The notes under the pieces: model-generated
The model's input: the letters and a program-made list of their open reading frames with translations, nothing else
Told to the model about the DNA's origin: nothing
Database searches by the model: none
Position numbers and translations under genes: made by a program
Part shown: piece after piece, positions 22,251 through 37,200 of the stretch
Numbering within the stretch: the stretch's first letter is position 1
Layout: every line of letters starts with the position of its first letter
Assembly (NCBI GenBank): GCA_002633005.1
Contig: NMRA01000022.1
Span: 929,357-993,356 of the forward strand
Origin: Phoronis australis
Taxonomy: Eukaryota; Animalia; Phoronida
Length of the DNA: 64,000 nt
Direction of reading: 5' to 3'

Positions 22251-25200
22251 ATGTCTGACTTGTTACCAAGTCTGAACCATGTGTATGAAAAATGGGAAAA
22301 GAAAAAGCCATTCACTGGCGGATCAGTGTCAGCTTCCAATGTAACCACAAGAAACTTCCCTGACCGAGAGGCATGGGTATCAAAGTACAGAGACAATTTA
22401 CAAGTGCCTGATCGCAGACGAAGAAGACGAGAGAAGGCTGTACCACTGCCATCTTTTGTGAGTTTCTTTGTTAAATTTGGCAAGGGGATTGAATGATGCT
22501 CTGAAATGGGAATTTTCACATCTCATACGGTATTCAACCTTCCTCTTATGCAGAGGCAGAAAAACTTCTGCGATTGACCTAGTTTTTGCAAAGTAGGGCT
22601 TTGTTGCGCTCAACTCTTATTCTGCATTTTAACTCCCTGTGCAATGTCAGTTAAACTTTGTTAGGATCAAAAGACTGGCAAACTAATCTTATGCATGGAA
22701 TACAATTTTTAACTGAACTGCAGGCCAAGTGCTCTAGGTGCATTGTGGGTATCTTGTGTATCTTGGGTTTATACTTGGTTCACTCATCTGAGTGATTAAA
22801 ACAATTATTTGCAATCACAGATATACGGGGTTGTCGAGTTAGTTCTGTTCCTGTAAAGGTGCTTTACTTGTAACACGAATGTTATGGTTTGTAATCGCGG
22901 TACCAAATCACTTATGTTCAAAATTCGTGATTTTGTGACTAGTGACGCTTTGCAGAGTATAAAATAAATACATATTGAAACATGTGTTGCCTGCATTGTA
23001 CCAAATTTCAGACATTCCGGTTGGTTTTGTGTCTCTATGGTGATTCTTGAATTTGGGATGGCCAGTATTAATAGTCTTATTTCTAAAATTTGGTACAAAC
23101 TCCAGCCTTGAGCAAGTTAATTAATTTTTCTCTTCCCAAATTGAAGAATTTTTTTGTCATAAATTGTGCATAATCAAACAGGGCTCGTTTCTTCAAAAGC
23201 AGAACATTATTTCTTGCGAATTTAGTGTATCTAAGAGCAGATTTATGCGCATACCATTAAATTCAGGTTTGCTGCAGACTGACTGGTAGAGAGTGTTGGT
23301 CTTGTTCAGGTTACAAGAGACATCATGAGAGTTTCAGCTGCTGTTCAATATTCTGGAGGAATTTTGTATTTTATTAGTTAATTTGGTCCTGCTGTGTGAC
23401 TAGCTATAGGATCTATTATTTACCCGAAAAAACACAGTTTACTATTCCTTGAGTTAAAACGTTACTTAAATATTTACATTTTTTTCCAAACTAGTAATGG
23501 AAAACTGATTAGCATTAAGAGTGCGGTAAATAGTCTTCAGTGCGTGACACAATTAGTAGATGAAGAAAATTTTAATTTATTGAAAATGTTCACAACTTAA
23601 TGGTTTTCTTTAAGTTACAAGTTGCATATACAACAAACACAATATGGCATTTTGGAAAACTAAAAACATTTTTGACATCTCACCTCCCATCAACTAATGT
23701 CTTATCATTTTATTGTGCTTTTCATTTTGCTAAGTCTTAAAAAGTCATGGCTATGTGACCCAATAAGTGGCAGATCGCAGTAGTCTGTAAGCTCTTTCCT
23801 TTCAGAAAATATTCACTTATAAGGAGTGTAAGTCATTAGTTTAATGTGTAGATAATTGACTAAATACACACACTTGTCAATAAGTCAAAGCGTTAGTTGT
23901 ACTACAGTGTTCTCCACGACCTGTTTTGACTCGACGCGGTAACAGATTTGGATTTTGCCCCGTCGAGTTTGGGGAAAGCGCGTCAAGTTTAAAAATTGTT
24001 AGTACTACTAGTAACATTTTGATTCGGTCAGTTCCATGACTTTCAGGTCATAATACTGAGTTTTGAAAAGTCATAACTGATCAAGTTTACATTGCTTACC
24101 ACAACCATGAGAGTCATTAAGGACCTTCCTCTTCAGGCTGACTCTAACTCTCTGGGTGAATTCAAAGTGGTGCCTACCATTCTCCCCGAGAACAAACATC
24201 GCCGACCGTTCATGGGCTTGACTTGTAGCCAGTGCACGCCAGATAGCAGGGTAAGTTCATTAACTTAATTTATACACCATCACACCCAGCGAGGAAGTTG
24301 TTCTATGAATAGTATTGTCTTCCACTTGTGAGAATCGTCTAACATGACATTGTTACTGCCAGTTTCTATAGGTGTGTTACCCCTTTTGATAATTTCTCTG
24401 TTGATTATAGTCCATAGCTAACGTTTTCAAAAGCATACAAATCGTACTCGATACAGTATTTCTTAACTTATTTAGCACACATTATGGTGAACAGTTCAGC
24501 GAAGTTATTGTAAGATGGCGCTTTCATGATATTTGGTCGTAAGGCCTTTCTGTTTTTGACAGTGTTTGCCGTCAAAACTGGCAAGGAACTCTCACTCTCC
24601 CCAGTTGGAAACTAAAATTTCAACTTCACAAGGAAGCCGTTTGCCACATTCGGACAGTGACAATGTACTAGAAACTGACATATTGAAAAAATTGACTCTT
24701 GATCAGGCTAAAAGCTGATCCAAACAAAGGCGGTATGGTGTAGCAGGAACCCGTTTTGCATTCATTACACGTTCAGTGATTTTTTAGTGCAAAGAATCCA
24801 GCAGATACGTGGATAAATTGAAGCAGAATGCTTATACCACCAAAATGATAATAATTATTAAAACCAAGTATTAAACAAATAGTTGCCAGTCACCGCCCGC
24901 TGTGAGCAAACGCAGGCAGTGACCCCTGCCGAAAACTCCAATGTCATCAAAGTTAAGTGTTACCATTGTAGCAAAGCATTGACGCCTTGTTGTTAATCTT
25001 CCTTTTTTACTTCAGAGTAAACTTGCTCTGTTAATTTCGATTCAAGACCAAAGTTAAGTGTTCCCATTGACCGAAGTTTTGGCGATACCGAAGCTTTGGA
25101 GGCACTGGAAAAAGCCTTTTAATGTCATGGGTATTAGTTTTGGTCACTGATTTTCCAGTTAATGTTTTTGACATGTCTGACTTTAAAATGACCATAACTT

Positions 25201-28200
25201 TGACCATGACAACATGAAACGTAACGGTGTCTGAAATTGTATATCTTCAACTTGAAAAAATCCTATCGAGTAAATATCTGAACACTTCACTATCTTCTCA
25301 AAAAATTGATATGTCATGAACATGTTCATATTAACTAACTGTTCATTTTGCTGTTTCTGAACCTTAATTTTTTACACCTGTTTGGATCTCTCTTTCTCAT
25401 GTCAATGTTTTTGATATCTGTTGCACTTTTGTAGAATCACCTCTATGAGGACTCCTTCCCTCTTCTCGGCATCAGGGACTTGTTGCGTGTCCCCACGGAA
25501 ACCAGAAATAACAACATCATTGTCAGAAGTTTGTGTCACGTAATCTATACATTCCGACGGAACGTCAACCATCGATATCCCGATGTTTCCATAGCTGTGA
25601 TGACCAATCAAAATGTAGCTGAAGCCATTAGACGAGCGGCTCTTGATGAGTTAGCAGGTGTCTAGTATTGTACTGGTCATTCCACAGGTGTCTAGTATTG
25701 TACTGGTCATTCCACAGGTGTCTAGTATTGTACTGGTCATTCCACAGGTGTCTAGTATTGTACTGGTCATTCCACAGGTGTCTAGTATTGTACTGGTCAT
25801 TCCACAGGTGTCTAGTATTTTACTGGTCATTCCACAGGTGTCATACTATTGAATTCATGGTCAACGTTTTTTAGTTTCTATTCAATATGTGGAAAAGTGG
25901 AATGTGCTTTCTCTAAATTCCAAACCACGCTATGATGTAAGAGAAAATGCCTGAACTTAGCATGAGTTTTCTAACAGCTATCGTTAAACAACGCAGTGTA
26001 ATTTTTTAATGTTTTTAGCACTGTAGTTGGCACTAAAAACAAATGAAAAAGGCCAATTACTTACAGGAGTCCCGCACTTTGACAACCAGTTTCACTGAAC
26101 ATTGGCTATCAAGCTGGTTCTCAAAATATGGGATTGCTATAAGTCCTTGTTGCCTGTTTGACAGTAGTTTTTATTTGAAATTGAGAAAGATCTACTTTTC
26201 CTGTCTTGGTCATATTCTGCTGTGCAAGAGTTTCTATCTTTACGACTCAAAAGTGAATAATTAGCAAATCTGTTTAGCAACTATAAGTGTATTTTCTATG
26301 TGTTGAAAAACAGCTCTCAGGTGGACACAACTCTCTAATAGTCAGATAAATGGCTGCTTGGTTTGGGAATTTGTGAATTTTGAATTTTTGATTCAACTTA
26401 CCAATTTAAATCATTCTTTGTCAGTCAATAAATCTTAAGTACAGTAAGACTAGCCATGAAGTTCCGAATTCTTTTTTCTCACATTTTCAAATTGATTTGA
26501 TATTTTTGGCGAAGTAGTTATTGTATATCCCGTCCATATTTACATCTGATTCAATTTAAGTGAATACGATTAGACTAAGTCTCTTTTTAAGTAATATGGA
26601 TACTTATCAACAACTCAGACACTGATTATGCATGTACTACATAGCTAAAGAGTCACACATGGTCACATCATGAACTTGAAATGACTAGGTCACGTATTGT
26701 GACGATGTAAAACTCTAGTGTTGTATCTATTCTATGCATATATTATTTTCCCTGTTGCTAATATATTCTGTTGTTGTTATTTGGGAGCTTTGTTTTCAGA
26801 CGAGGAATCAAATACAAAGAAGTTTGTGAAAGTCATGAAGGCTGCAAACATTAAAGCTAGAAAGATCCTGAAGAAGATGAAAGCAGGAATATCCGTAACA
26901 CTTGTCAGGTACTGTGTTTAAAGCGGTTACACAGCCTTCCATCACAAACTGCATCTTTTAGTTTAGATCACTTACTATGTTGAAGTTGGTCTCAAATTGA
27001 TCTCACATTCAAAATTAGAGGACTGGTACTTGCAAGGCTTTTAATGCCATTTTATGCACCTAACGTGGTCTCAATAAATATAGAACTTTCAGATCTTTCA
27101 AAACCCAGAAATCACTGCTCGCCTTAGGGACAATTTGAGACAAATTTTATATTCTTTAAGTGGTCTAAATGGAATGCTCTCGTGGACGGAACACGGGTTT
27201 ATAGCTCCTGTAACTGAACTGAGATTTATACCTAGTCTTGCTCTGGCACCGTGCAGACAGCGAATCTCGTTAATTGTTGTTGGCATGGTCAGCTTATTGG
27301 TTTTGCTTGAATCTTTGATGGATTCTTGATTGATTGTTTGAATATTTTGCCATTTGATTTTATGAATTTGAGTTTTTTTAAGGTTATATTTTACTTTCAA
27401 AATCTTAGCTAGATCTTTCATCACTATAAAAGTTGCCTTGCATGAAATCGCCAAATTCCAATAATACTAGCCTTATGGATTGCACACCAGGTGGCACAAA
27501 GGTTAGTCGTTCCTGTGTGAGTTATCTCTCTTCCTTGTGAAAGTCTGTTCTGACTCTTTATATTGAATTTCTTGAGTCCCATGACTGGATCCTTACTGAG
27601 GTTCAGGGTTATCTACTTCATCACCAACATTCTTTATATGGGATTTGTGGTTTGCCTGTTCCTTTCAGGTCAAGGCCCTCAGACATGTCTCTGATTAATA
27701 GTATTGTTCTTTTTTTCTCAGGTTCACAGGATGGTTTCTTGTCAAAGCACTGGGCTACCTCCTCACGTCTGTTCAAGTCCACGAAGGACAGATGTTAATG
27801 GTTAAAAAAGCATCTGAGGTGTGACTTTTGTATTTAGTATTAATTTTGTATATATTGGCTTTTCATATAAAGTGCAAACATTATGTCTCATAGGTGCTTT
27901 TGGTCTGAAGAAATTGGTTGTGGTAGACACAATTTTTTAAATCTTGATGCTAAACTTGGGTAATATGCATTTTTGTTTGCCCACTTATTTTTATGTGGTC
28001 CCATGTTGCTGTCATCTCTGTCCGGCTATTAAGTGTCCATGGCTGTATCTCCTAGCAGGATCATTGCAAAATTTAGGAAATGTATTCCCATGAGTGTGAC
28101 AATGGATGACGGCGACTATTGGATAGATCCGACTACCAATGGTCTCAGTGCTAATTTTTTTTTAAATTTGCCTTGTACCCTTGACAGACCTTCATGAAAT

Positions 28201-31200
28201 TTTGGCATATAGATATGTATTAAGGAGACCACAATGTCTTCCAGTTTTAGGATAGATTTGACGTATTTTGTACCACCTGTGTTTTTGGCATTTGCTTCTA
28301 TTTCTGCGAAACCACTTGAAGAATCATAATGAAAACTGTCACATGAGATGAGCTCTGCTGAATTTAATTTTCGGACAGCTACAATTACTTTGGCACCTTC
28401 TTGTAGAACTTTTATTTCCATACACAGCTGCATTTCCTAAGTCCCTTACAGGATCTTTCTGACACTAGAAGATGACCACTTTCTGACACATCCAGCTACT
28501 GCTGTGACCCCTGGTGGCAGTTTTATTTTTTTGTACTTTCCTGTGTATCTTCATAGTTCTTTGACAAATTTTTATGAAATATGGTAAAATGGTTTGCATT
28601 AAGGAGATGATGATGCTTTCCTATTTTTGGATGGGAATTTTGTCTTACTTTGCATTTGATATCTACCAACTTCCTTGATTGATGTTCATGAAAGTTGGCA
28701 AATAAGTTTCTGTCTTTGAGGCTACGACTCCTGCTCTAGTGAAGGAGCATTTGACGTATGCTGCACACCCTACTGGCCTTTGTTACTATTTTGTTTGATT
28801 GTTCATCTCCTTATCTGCCACACCTGTTGAGGAATTACGATGAAAGATGGCTGGCGCAATCCTGATGAGAAGAGCATTGCTGACATGCTGTGTGTTCCCT
28901 AGAGGCTACATGTATATTAAGTTTATCAGTGTTGCACCCTCTTGTGGCTGTGTTCAAAATATTGATCATCCCTCGTATCTGTATTTTTTACCATGCACAT
29001 AGTGGGCAAGTATCAGTGCTTTGCATTGCCCTTAAGTTATTTAATATCACGACTACTCACATTTGAATTGGACCACTTGAACCACAAGTAAATAGTTTTC
29101 GCTTGTTATGTTAACGTATAATTTTTGAACTTTGTAAGAGCTGATATCACTTAGGACTGTGTTCAACTAGCTGACTGGGTTATTTAATTATATCTGTCTC
29201 AAAAGATATATTAATTAATAGCCGCATGTTGACTAGGTTGGTTCTCGAACTTGACACTAGATGGAGTGATTGCTGCATCATCATGGATGTTTAGCATTTT
29301 TAATTCATTCCAGAATGACCTGCCAATGATTTACCTGCCTATGCACAAGAGTCACTTGGACTACATCCTGTTGACCTATATACTCTACCATTATGACATC
29401 AAGGCACCCCACGTGGCCGCAGGTGATAATCTGGACATTCCTCTCTTTAGGTGAGGTGCGCTTACCTGTTACCAATAGACTTCCATTTTTATGCCCTCAA
29501 ACATTTTCGGGTTGCATTGTAGTCCAGAATCGGAATATTCACTTATTTTGCATAAAGACAATTGCCTAAATTTTAATTTTTCTACTTTTCAAAGGCTGAT
29601 TACTTACTAGGTACAATTAATGGTATATTCAACAAGTGTTGTTTTGTTAGATCTACACAGTACAAACCAGGCTAGTAACAGACTAGCATATCTTAATATG
29701 CAATTTTGTGAAGGAATTTGAGAAACTAGAATTTCACTTGTTGGCCACATTTATGTGCTAAAGAAGTGATTGAAGAATTACCTTGCACTCATAGTCCAAG
29801 TCAAGACATTCGAGGTGAAAAGTCTTAAGTGGGTTTTGGATTAGTCTTTAATGTGTCATATTTCGTACTATGTCAGCAAACAGCATCTTTCACAAAAGAC
29901 CAACTGCATACTATATGTGATATGCCCTAGAACTACAGGATTGGTGTCTATCAACTAGATACATCACCAAAAAACTGGTTTGAAGTTAGTAAATTTGCAT
30001 CCATCTAATTTTTGTTGGACAGAGTCTTAGACAACCAAATTGGGCATCCAATGTTTGCTTTTAATTTCAGACATTTCACAGTTTATTGTACGCAGTAGTG
30101 TCTATCGGATGGAGCTGAAGTCGACATATTTGAATTATTGTCTGCTAGCCTGGGTCTGTAATAGTTACATTTCATGCAAGACTTCCCTCTGAGGTCCTGC
30201 GACATTGACCAAATTTATGTGTGTGTGTTTAAAATTCATTGTGTTTATTTTCAGTTGGTTAATGAGGGGACTTGGAGGGTTTTTCATCCGCAGGCGACTT
30301 GATATGACCAGTGGCAAGAAAGACGTTATTTACAGAGCTATCTTACAGAGTGTATGTCACTGACACTTTTTGCTGTTTTTTTTTTCAACTACCAATAGCA
30401 GATCGTCTTCGTAACTAGAAGTATACCTGGTTGTTTTTTATGGTTGAAACTTTCTAAAACTCTTAAAGTTTGCTTGGAGCACCAAAATATTCACTGAAAA
30501 CTGGAACTAATACTTAAATTTCTTCGTAAGCATTCTTTTCAGCTTGAGATACTGAAATTTGCAAGGTGAGGTGAAAAGTTATAATTTTTTTTGGAAGAAG
30601 GACATTGCCTTTGTAAGCATTTCAGTTCCTTCAGGTACCACCTCAACACTGGTCACAATGTGGCTAAACACTAGCATTTTCACTTGCATTTTTGCTAGTA
30701 GCTAAAACACCAGAAATGTGAACGATTAGTGTCTGTTTTGCTGACAGTTTGGGTTACTCCAAATTTTCTTTCATTTTCACTTGCACTTTTGTAACCACGC
30801 AGCTTACTTTGAAGAACACAAATGTGTAGGGGTAAGAGGTCTTTGTTCATCGTCGCATTAATCAATTCATGGCAGAGAGTGGATGTTCGTAACATCAATT
30901 TTCACTTAAATAACAATTTTGATAGTGAGGAAGTTAACTGTTGGGTAAAATGAGCCCTGTTGGGCAGCTTGCCTGTCTAGCTAAATTGCTAGCATTTTCG
31001 CTAGCATTTTAGCATTTTTGCCGCTCATGTGAACCTAGTATTAATATCTGGATAGGCTCTTTCCATTCAAAATTAGACCCATGCCCTCTAATTTTCAGGA
31101 AAATAGTTTTTCTGTGCTTGAAATGAAGGATTTCTGTTTGCACATTTTAGTACATGTTGGAGTTGCTGAAGAATGGCCAGTCAATGGAGTTTTTTATCGA

Positions 31201-34200
31201 GGGGGGACGGTCAAGAAATGGTAAAGCTATTAGGCCCAAAGGAGGTTTGCTGTCTGTGGTCGTAGACTCAGTTACTAGTGGTAAGTTTGTATTTACATTG
31301 AGGGCAACTGCTCTGTCTGTCGGCTGCACTGACATTTTAAGAAAACATATTTGTGATACAAGTTAGCAGAATAGCACAACTGTGCCGTGGGAACTGTCAG
31401 TGGAAAGTGAATGGGGGGAAGGGTATATTTCATTCAGAGACATTTGAAGTGGATCCCAGCATGAATGTGAACTTTTCATTCGATGGGAATCAGTTAAAAA
31501 TGTTAGGTATTGCCCATACAAGCAAAATAAAAGCAATGTTGCTGTGCATTCTGGGTAAACTGTACTTCTAATTCCTTGCGTCATAGTCAGTCAGAGCTCT
31601 TGTGAAGTGTAGATGATATGTCTAAGAATGTATTGACATAATATAAAAATAAATTGTTTATTGTCTCCTGTTAAAAATATGCGAACTCACTTAACTGGGA
31701 GATGAGTGCGAACTCGTTTCCTGCGTTGTTTTTTTTAGAAAATGTACATAAGCATCGCTTTTATTGTTTTCATGGTGTCTCATTAAACATGCTTCTCAAC
31801 TTCGATTTTTCCAGTTTAAATGCCAGCTTTTCATTTAATCGTACTGACTGTACATGGTAAAATCTGATAATAAACGGTGACAAAATGTTATGTTTTACTT
31901 AATTAGATTTACACAGTACTTATGTCATTGTAGACCATCTGAGGGGTGAGTAAGGTTCTCACTTAATTTCAGTAATAAGCGGTTAGGATTGACAGCTGGT
32001 ACGACTCAGTAAAAAAGTAGCGATTAGACTGGAAGGTCAAAGTCAAGTTCTGTGTTTAGTAAGACTTGTATGAAAGAAGGAATTGGCTGTTCCCAGCATT
32101 AGAGTTAGATACTAGAGAGATATTTACCTGTTGGGTAAACTTGAATAGTGAATTGTGCAAATCTCAATGCTTATGCCCCACACCAGTTCCTCTCTATTGC
32201 ATTCTGGGATAGTTTGTATGCCTAGCAGCAGCGTGAGAGTTTGTATACAGAAGAGATTATTATATTTAGCTGCCCTGTTCAATTATTAAGACTAAAAAAA
32301 TATGTTACAAGTTCTTAGTAAAATTTGTACAATCCAAGACATGTGCTTATAGTTTACCTGGCCCCGGTCTCGTCTCCAATCTCCGTACTCAGACTCGAAT
32401 CATGCTCAGACTCACACTTCATACTCACCGCACATCATTGCCGCCAATTTTTAAAGTCCTTACTACGATTCCTGGCAACTGGCGAATGATAATCCCATGT
32501 CGATGAGTCATTACAAGGGTCAAAAGCAGCTGTGGAGTGGGATTGCCGTGATTGAAGTGCGTGTGCAACGGTTTGTACGGTTTACTAAGGAAAGTTAATG
32601 AAAACAATTTGCTTCCCTGTCAGATTTCACATAATAGTTGAGTCATCCATAATTCCTCAATCCCTGAATGGCATTCCAGATTTTTTTTTGCCGATTTATG
32701 AGTAGACGTCTCGTCCCGTTTACTGATGAACTCTGAATGCCTGTCTATAGTGTACTACAGTCTGTAGTTCTGTAGTAGTATTTATTTATTATAGTGACAA
32801 GTACAATTGAATCAATAGGTATAACATTCGTAAGAAAGATACCCAGCCCAGTTGGGCTTATTAGTCACTTTAACCACACAACTCAGATGTAAGCCTACCA
32901 TAAATGCGTCGGTTTCTAAGTTCAAAAGCAGACTTGATATATTTGGCAAATTGCCCAGGGAAATACTGAAATAACAGTTTTAACGTAATCTAATCTAATG
33001 AAATCTACAAATTTCGGCATTTGAATTGAAACATTATTAAACAGAATAGACCTCTGTGAGTTATAAAGAGAACAGTGTTTTAAGTCGCGTGCCAAATGTC
33101 AGCTAACTTGATACATCCCAGTAAAATGCAAAGATGCAGTATCAAAGTATTGACATCATCATAGGCCTACACGGTTTACTAGAAAAGAACACCACGGCTG
33201 GCAATTAAGATACAAACTTTTGAAATTCGACCTCCCGTCGAAGAAAATGTGCAATTCGAACTCTCCCTTAAAAATGTTGGTTGCAGGCCTGTGATATGGT
33301 ACCTGATTCCCGTACCAGGGTCACCGGCCCACCACTGCATTAATGAAAAAGATAATTTCAATATGCCGTCAATCGTTGCTGTGACCATGCCAATTTTAGG
33401 AGTAATGAGTCAAGTGTAGGCCGGGGAGAATGACCCCTGACTAAATCAGACACTGAGATTTTGGCTGCTCCACTCCGGCCGACTGACTTTCTTTGATAAG
33501 CTGTTTCAAATTTCTTGAGACATTTTCCGGCGGGAGATAAGGAACTCAAGAAGTAAAGCTTAATAATTGGCAAATGTACATGTATCAAGAAATGGTAGGA
33601 GAATATTGTATTGAATAGTTACAGAACACTCAGCATTACACGTTATACTCCTGTAATTGTAGCGAAAGCCGACGATAACATAGTTGCTAGGGTAGTCGAT
33701 GTGTATATAGGGAGTGCTGAATCAGAGCGACTTTTCGCAGTTTTGCATTTCACATCATAACTGAAGAGTTCTTGTCCATAGCAACTCGAGTACGATTCTC
33801 TGAGATTTGAGTACGCGTTTGGAGTCTATTCGAAATTTGACATTAAAATACGCTTTTTCGAGTAGGCCTACGACTCCAGTGAGCACGATTTTGAGTATGA
33901 AGTCTCGAGTATGAGTATGAGCCTGACAGAGATTGCAGACCGGGCCCCGAAGTCACAGTGGACAGAGCTGCAACGTTGACTTTATTCATATCCAATTATT
34001 TCTATAATAAAATACAGTTGCATGCTTCCTGCACTAGTTATTCGTTTAATATTAATTTTTGGATAAGAATTCAAATAAAATAACTTTATTCACCGCTTCT
34101 GTGCTAAACATTCATTACAAAAACACCTGGCAACACTGTACACAATCGGTTGTCAAGCGATAGAGGCATACATTTCCCATAATGCAACTGCGGCGACAAA

Positions 34201-37200
34201 TTCAAGATGGTGGATTTGCACATTCGCCATTGGTTCTGTAAAATTTTTGTTACAGGGGCATGGCTTAGTGAAGCACGATCATAGATCTCATTGTGTAAGG
34301 TTTGTTGGTGCAGGTCAAATTAGTAAAAATTCCAACATATATTCTGCGTTACTTATTAACAGCGTTGACAAACATGAGAACCATGGCAATAGCCAACCAG
34401 AATTAGCAGTCTGTACTTTTCACACAGATTGTGAATGAGTCTGTAAAGAATGGTTAGTGTCGACTTACAGTTTTACATCCCCACCAGATGTCTCCAGTGT
34501 AATCACCCTTGCCGTTTCAGGATTGGTCTCCGACGTTTACATTGTACCAGTGAGCATTAGTTACGAGAAGTTGTTGGATGGTGATTTTAAGTTGGAGCAA
34601 TTGGTATGTTCAATAAATTATCACATGTCATGTGAATTAGGGGTATTACACTGAGGGAGTAATGTTTGTTTCTCTCAAGTGTAAGCCGATGAGATCAGAA
34701 TTTTCTGGTCTCACCAGGCACGGATCCAGGATTTTGAGTTGGGGGGGGGCAGGCCAGAGTATTAGCCAGGATTTTGGCTGTCCGACATTCGCACCCCGAA
34801 CTGCCAAATATAATCTAGGAGAATTTTAGGGCAGGGGGCCCATGGCCCCCTTGCCCCTCCCCCCTCTAAATCTGCCACTGCTTACCAGTTATAGGCATTT
34901 GAGGAAATATTGAAACTCAAATTGTGTGTGAAATATGAAATGTTTACAAGAAAGGTTATGTTAAAGTGAGTTGTATTCAACTTTATAACTGATTTTATCG
35001 TTTGTTGGCCATGTATTAGACAAGTGTGTCGGAGTAGGACTCAAGATTTAATGTGAGCTCAAATATTATAACTTTCTCCTTATTTTTAGTGTGGAAAACA
35101 TACTTGATAGGTATCTTTTGTCAGGTAAATGTACGGTTGGGTAACACAATTTGTTTCTGATCACCTGAGGCACCTACATGTACGCTGGGGAAGTCAGTGT
35201 GAATGGGAAAGGTTTGATATGTCAAATCACTGGCTCAGCTACCATATTCCAAACTGAGTTGAAAAGAAATATATGATGCAGTTGGCTCCCTGGCAGTGTG
35301 TGCCTGTATTTTCCAGGGTTACCCTAAGAGTAGAGAGACATTCTGGAAGGCTGTCAAAGGCCTGTGGAAGGTGTTCAGAGCCAGGTTTGGCAGTGTACGA
35401 GTCGACTTTTCACAGCCCTTCTCATTACAGGTATATGTCGCAACTGATTATAGTGCAGGAAATAATTGAGTGGCAGAATACTCTGTGTGGATACTGTAAA
35501 CACTGGTCACTGGTGGAAGTTGTTTTGATGTTGCCTTTAGTAAACATGTAGATCCTTGGTTATCTCATGGAGAGAAAGTTTTTGTGTTGTTTGATGTTCT
35601 CTTGGCGTGTATTTACTAACCATGGAACAGTAGAAAGTGACCTCTATGGCCCAACAAAAGGCCAGCATATTTGTTCTGCTTTCAATTACACTTAACAAAC
35701 ATTAATCAGTGACAGTCTGTGTTCAATAGGGAATAGGACGTTGTGATTGCTCAATGAAGTAAATGCAGAACTGAGATGCGGGCCTTTTACGCAGTCATTC
35801 ACGTCACTTTCTGTTGTTCCAAGGAAGAGAGGGGTTAGTATTTTTACTAAATATAACATTAAAACTGGTTGCAATTAACTGTTAGGGCCTAAGTCATCAA
35901 AATACCTATAAAAGGACATTTATATAAAGTGTAGTACTTGATTTGGTGACCTGAAGGTTGCCAAGGAATGTGACTTCACACTGTGTTTGGCGACCTGGGA
36001 AAAATACCAAGTTGCCATGAAGTCGCCAAAGCGAGTATCAAAATCGGAAAATAATTCCCCCGAAATTCATTTCAAAGTGTGTTGTGACTTCCAAACTTTA
36101 AATTATTAACAGTTTTTCCAGATTTTATGCCTTTGGTTCACAATTGTTCCCTTTATTTTGTGAAATCAGTGCATTTGCCAGCCTCAGCAGTCAACACACA
36201 TCCAATGCACTCTTAAATTACAACAGGAAGTAAACAGATCGAAGTCTGAATTGTTTGGCCAAAATCAAATACATGCCTCCAGTGTATGCGATGGTTTGTG
36301 TTGTTTGTTGGCTGGCGAAATGGAGTTAGAGACAGCTGTGCATTTTCTTACACAGAGAAATTGAAGAAGTATGCCTAAGTTTCTGAGTGTGGCTAGAAAT
36401 TTATTTGTTTTGTTTAGTCGACGATTTTGACGTCAGTTTTGTTGACCTGGGATTTTTACCAAGTTGCATTTGTTAGACTAATTGAGCTTACCATCTGTTT
36501 TCAGGAGTATTTGCTCACTTCTGAAGGGTTAAACTCGAGGCTGCCAATGTCTCCCTTTGCATCTTCAGAGTGTTTTTCATCAGCAAACAGGCCAGTTATG
36601 CCCATCAGGGGAAGTACTACATCCTTATATGGAACAGACGTGGTGAGTGAGGAACAAAGGGACCTGGTCAACAGACTGGCTGAACACTCCATACACAGTG
36701 AGTCCACTGACAGGGATTAAGTGCTTAGGATAGTGTTTTTGGAATCATGCAGGTCTCTTCTATTGGCTGTTGTACAAAGGTATGTGTCTGTTCACCTTGA
36801 GACGTCTTCCATTCTCTTTCCACTAACACTTAGCTCCTCCCTTTACTCCCATGTAATGCCTGTCATATTTAAGTATACACAGTAATTTTAATTCCATTCA
36901 TCATGGTGGAGCAAAGTGTTCAGCCGCCCGACTCAAGAACATTCTAAATAAACCTGCCAAATCCAAATGTGCTACTCTTTAGACCCAAAGCTTGAGGTCA
37001 AGTGCTGTGTGCTGACCCAATTACACTCGGGTTAGTCTCTGTAAGAGTTATTGTTCAGTCTCACATGTTCTGCCTCAGTCTACTTGTTTTGCAGCTGATT
37101 GGCCAGAATTGACACGAGTCTAGTGTATAAACTACCAGCTGCTATGGGAAGTCATACATTTGACTCTATGCCCTTGTCTATGGTGCCTCACAGATCAAGA

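Noticed and set aside
25658-25874. Repeat-protein ORFs (VSSIVLVIPQ)n and (LYWSFHRCLV)n
   Set aside because: These are translations of an intronic 30-bp minisatellite. The same applies to 38759-38947 and 39687-40004.
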